From: Eledone cirrhosa
Lineage: Eukaryota
Assembly (NCBI GenBank): GCA_964016885.1
Contig: OZ024757.1
Location: 10,354,001 to 10,418,000 of the forward strand
Direction of reading: 5' to 3'
DNA length: 64,000 nt
Shown one piece after another: positions 63,101 to 64,000 of this stretch. Every line of letters begins with the position of its first letter. Position 1 is the first letter of the stretch. Position numbers and translations under genes: made by a program. A model generated the notes under the pieces. The model had not been told where the DNA came from. It ran no database searches and worked only from the letters and a program-made list of their open reading frames with translations.

Positions 63101-64000
63101 GGGTTAAGTTAAGTTGGGGTTAAGTTAAGTTGGGGTTAAGTTAAGTTGGGGTTAAGTTAAGTTGGGGTTAAGTAAAGTTGGGGTTGAGTTAATTTGGGGT
63201 TGAATTAAGTTGGGGTTAAGTTAAGTTGGGGTTAAGTCAAGTTGGGGTTAAATCAAGTTGGGGTTAACTTAAGTTTGGATTAACTTAAGTTGGGTTAACT
63301 TAAGTTGGGGTTAAGTTGGGGTTAAGTTGGGGTTAAGTTAAGTTGTGGTTAAGTTAAGTTGGGGTTAAGTTAAGTTGGGGTTAAGTTAAGTTGGGGTTAA
63401 GTTAAGTTGGGGTTAAGTTAAGTTGGGGTAAGTTAAGTTGGGGTTAAGTTAAGTTGGGGTTTACTTAAGTTGGGGTTAAGTCAAGTTGGGGTTAAGTCAA
63501 GTTGGGGTTAAGTTAAGTTGGGGTTGATTTAAGTTGGGGTTGAATTAAGTTGGGGTCGAGTTAAGTTGGGGTTGAGTTAAGTTGGGGTTAAGTTAAGTCG
63601 GGTTTAAATTAAGTTGGGGTTAAGTTAAGTTGTGGTAAGTTAAGTTAGGGTTAAGTTAAGTTGGGGTTTAGTTAAGTTGGGGTTAAGTCAAGTTGGGGTT
63701 AAGTCAAGTTGGGGTTAAGTCAAGTTGGGGTTAAGTTAAGTTGGGGTTAAGTTAAGTTGGGGTTAATTTAAGTTGGGATTAAGTTAAGTTGGGGTTAAGT
63801 TAAGTTGGCGTTAAGTTAAGTTGGGGTTAAGTTAAGTTGGGGTTAAGTTAAGATGGGGTTAAGTCAAGTTGGGGTTAAATCAAGTTGGGGTTAACTTAAG
63901 TTTGGATTAACTTAAGTTGGGTTAACTTAAGTTGGGTTTAAGTTGGGGTTAACTTAAGTTGGGGTTAAGTTAAGTTGGGGTTAAGTTAAGTTGGGGTTGA
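57150..64000 (+). repeat. 5,058-bp tandem duplication (~57150-62210; second copy from ~62210 runs off the window end)
   Basis: TGTGGTTAAC 57187/62245; GAGATA 57440/62498; TTTGGAT 57907/62965; AGATGG 58793/63851; all 5,058 apart. Confidence 0.88.

Larger units (their letters stand above)
1..64000 (+). repeat. Tandem satellite / telomere-like array of 16-bp monomer TTAAGTTAAGTTGGGG (~4,000 copies), running off both window ends
   Basis: Monomer read directly throughout; G-rich strand is always +. Variants are 11-mers (one TTAAG lost), 15-mers, and substitutions such as TTGAG, TTAAC, TCAAG, TTGGAG, TTGGCG. No non-repeat sequence seen. Confidence 0.99.
1..64000 (+). other. Continuous potential G-quadruplex-forming strand (G4 tracts with 12-nt or 7-nt loops); C4-tract i-motif potential on the minus strand
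   Basis: GGGG every 16 or 11 nt. Loop length exceeds the canonical 1-7 nt except at 11-mers, so folding is inferred only. Confidence 0.45.

Noticed and set aside
1-64000. Protein-coding ORF (repeat protein) on either strand
   Set aside because: TTAA is palindromic, so TAA occurs twice per monomer on both strands, and the 16-bp period cycles it through all frames. ATG is nearly absent.
1-64000. CRISPR array or other repeat-spacer system
   Set aside because: There are no unique spacers; all intervening sequence is variant monomer, and no cas or other genes are present.
1-64000. Canonical telomere (TTAGGG, TTAGG or ciliate TTGGGG)n
   Set aside because: These motifs never occur in tandem. TTAGG and TTAGGG appear only as isolated point variants, and TTGGGG is always separated by TTAAG units.
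1-64000. Pure basecalling or low-complexity artefact
   Set aside because: Rare variants recur in identical order at fixed multi-kb spacings with a few copy-private SNVs, which random error would not produce. The copy number of the large duplications still needs read support.
1-64000. Variant pattern as an encoded message or template library
   Set aside because: The pattern is adequately explained by nested duplication and deletion; nothing in the window indicates a readout mechanism.
1-64000. Definite centromere or organism assignment
   Set aside because: HOR structure is compatible with a centromeric satellite, but no flanks or recognised family motif are available to support it.

Overview
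The whole 64-kb window is one uninterrupted, single-orientation tandem array of a 16-bp G-rich monomer, TTAAG-TTAAG-TTGGGG (about 4,000 copies; the + strand consensus has no C). It also contains 11-bp (TTAAGTTGGGG) and 15-bp deletion variants and many recurrent point variants. I see no genes, RNA genes, mobile elements or unique sequence; TAA stops close all six frames. Rare variants reveal nested higher-order structure: a recurring sub-kb variant cassette (about 55 copies), local duplications of 80, 240 and 309 bp, units of about 3, 3.77, 5.06 and 5.4-5.5 kb, and a ~11.7-kb higher-order repeat present about three times from ~22 kb onward. The monomer looks telomere-like: the 11-mer is one base from the bumblebee-type motif TTAGGTTGGGG. 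Inherited variant strings point to amplification by recombination or replication rather than telomerase. This is most likely a eukaryotic satellite or telomere-like array; organism and chromosomal position cannot be determined from the window. All spacings were read by eye from marker variants, and block boundaries are approximate to a few monomers.
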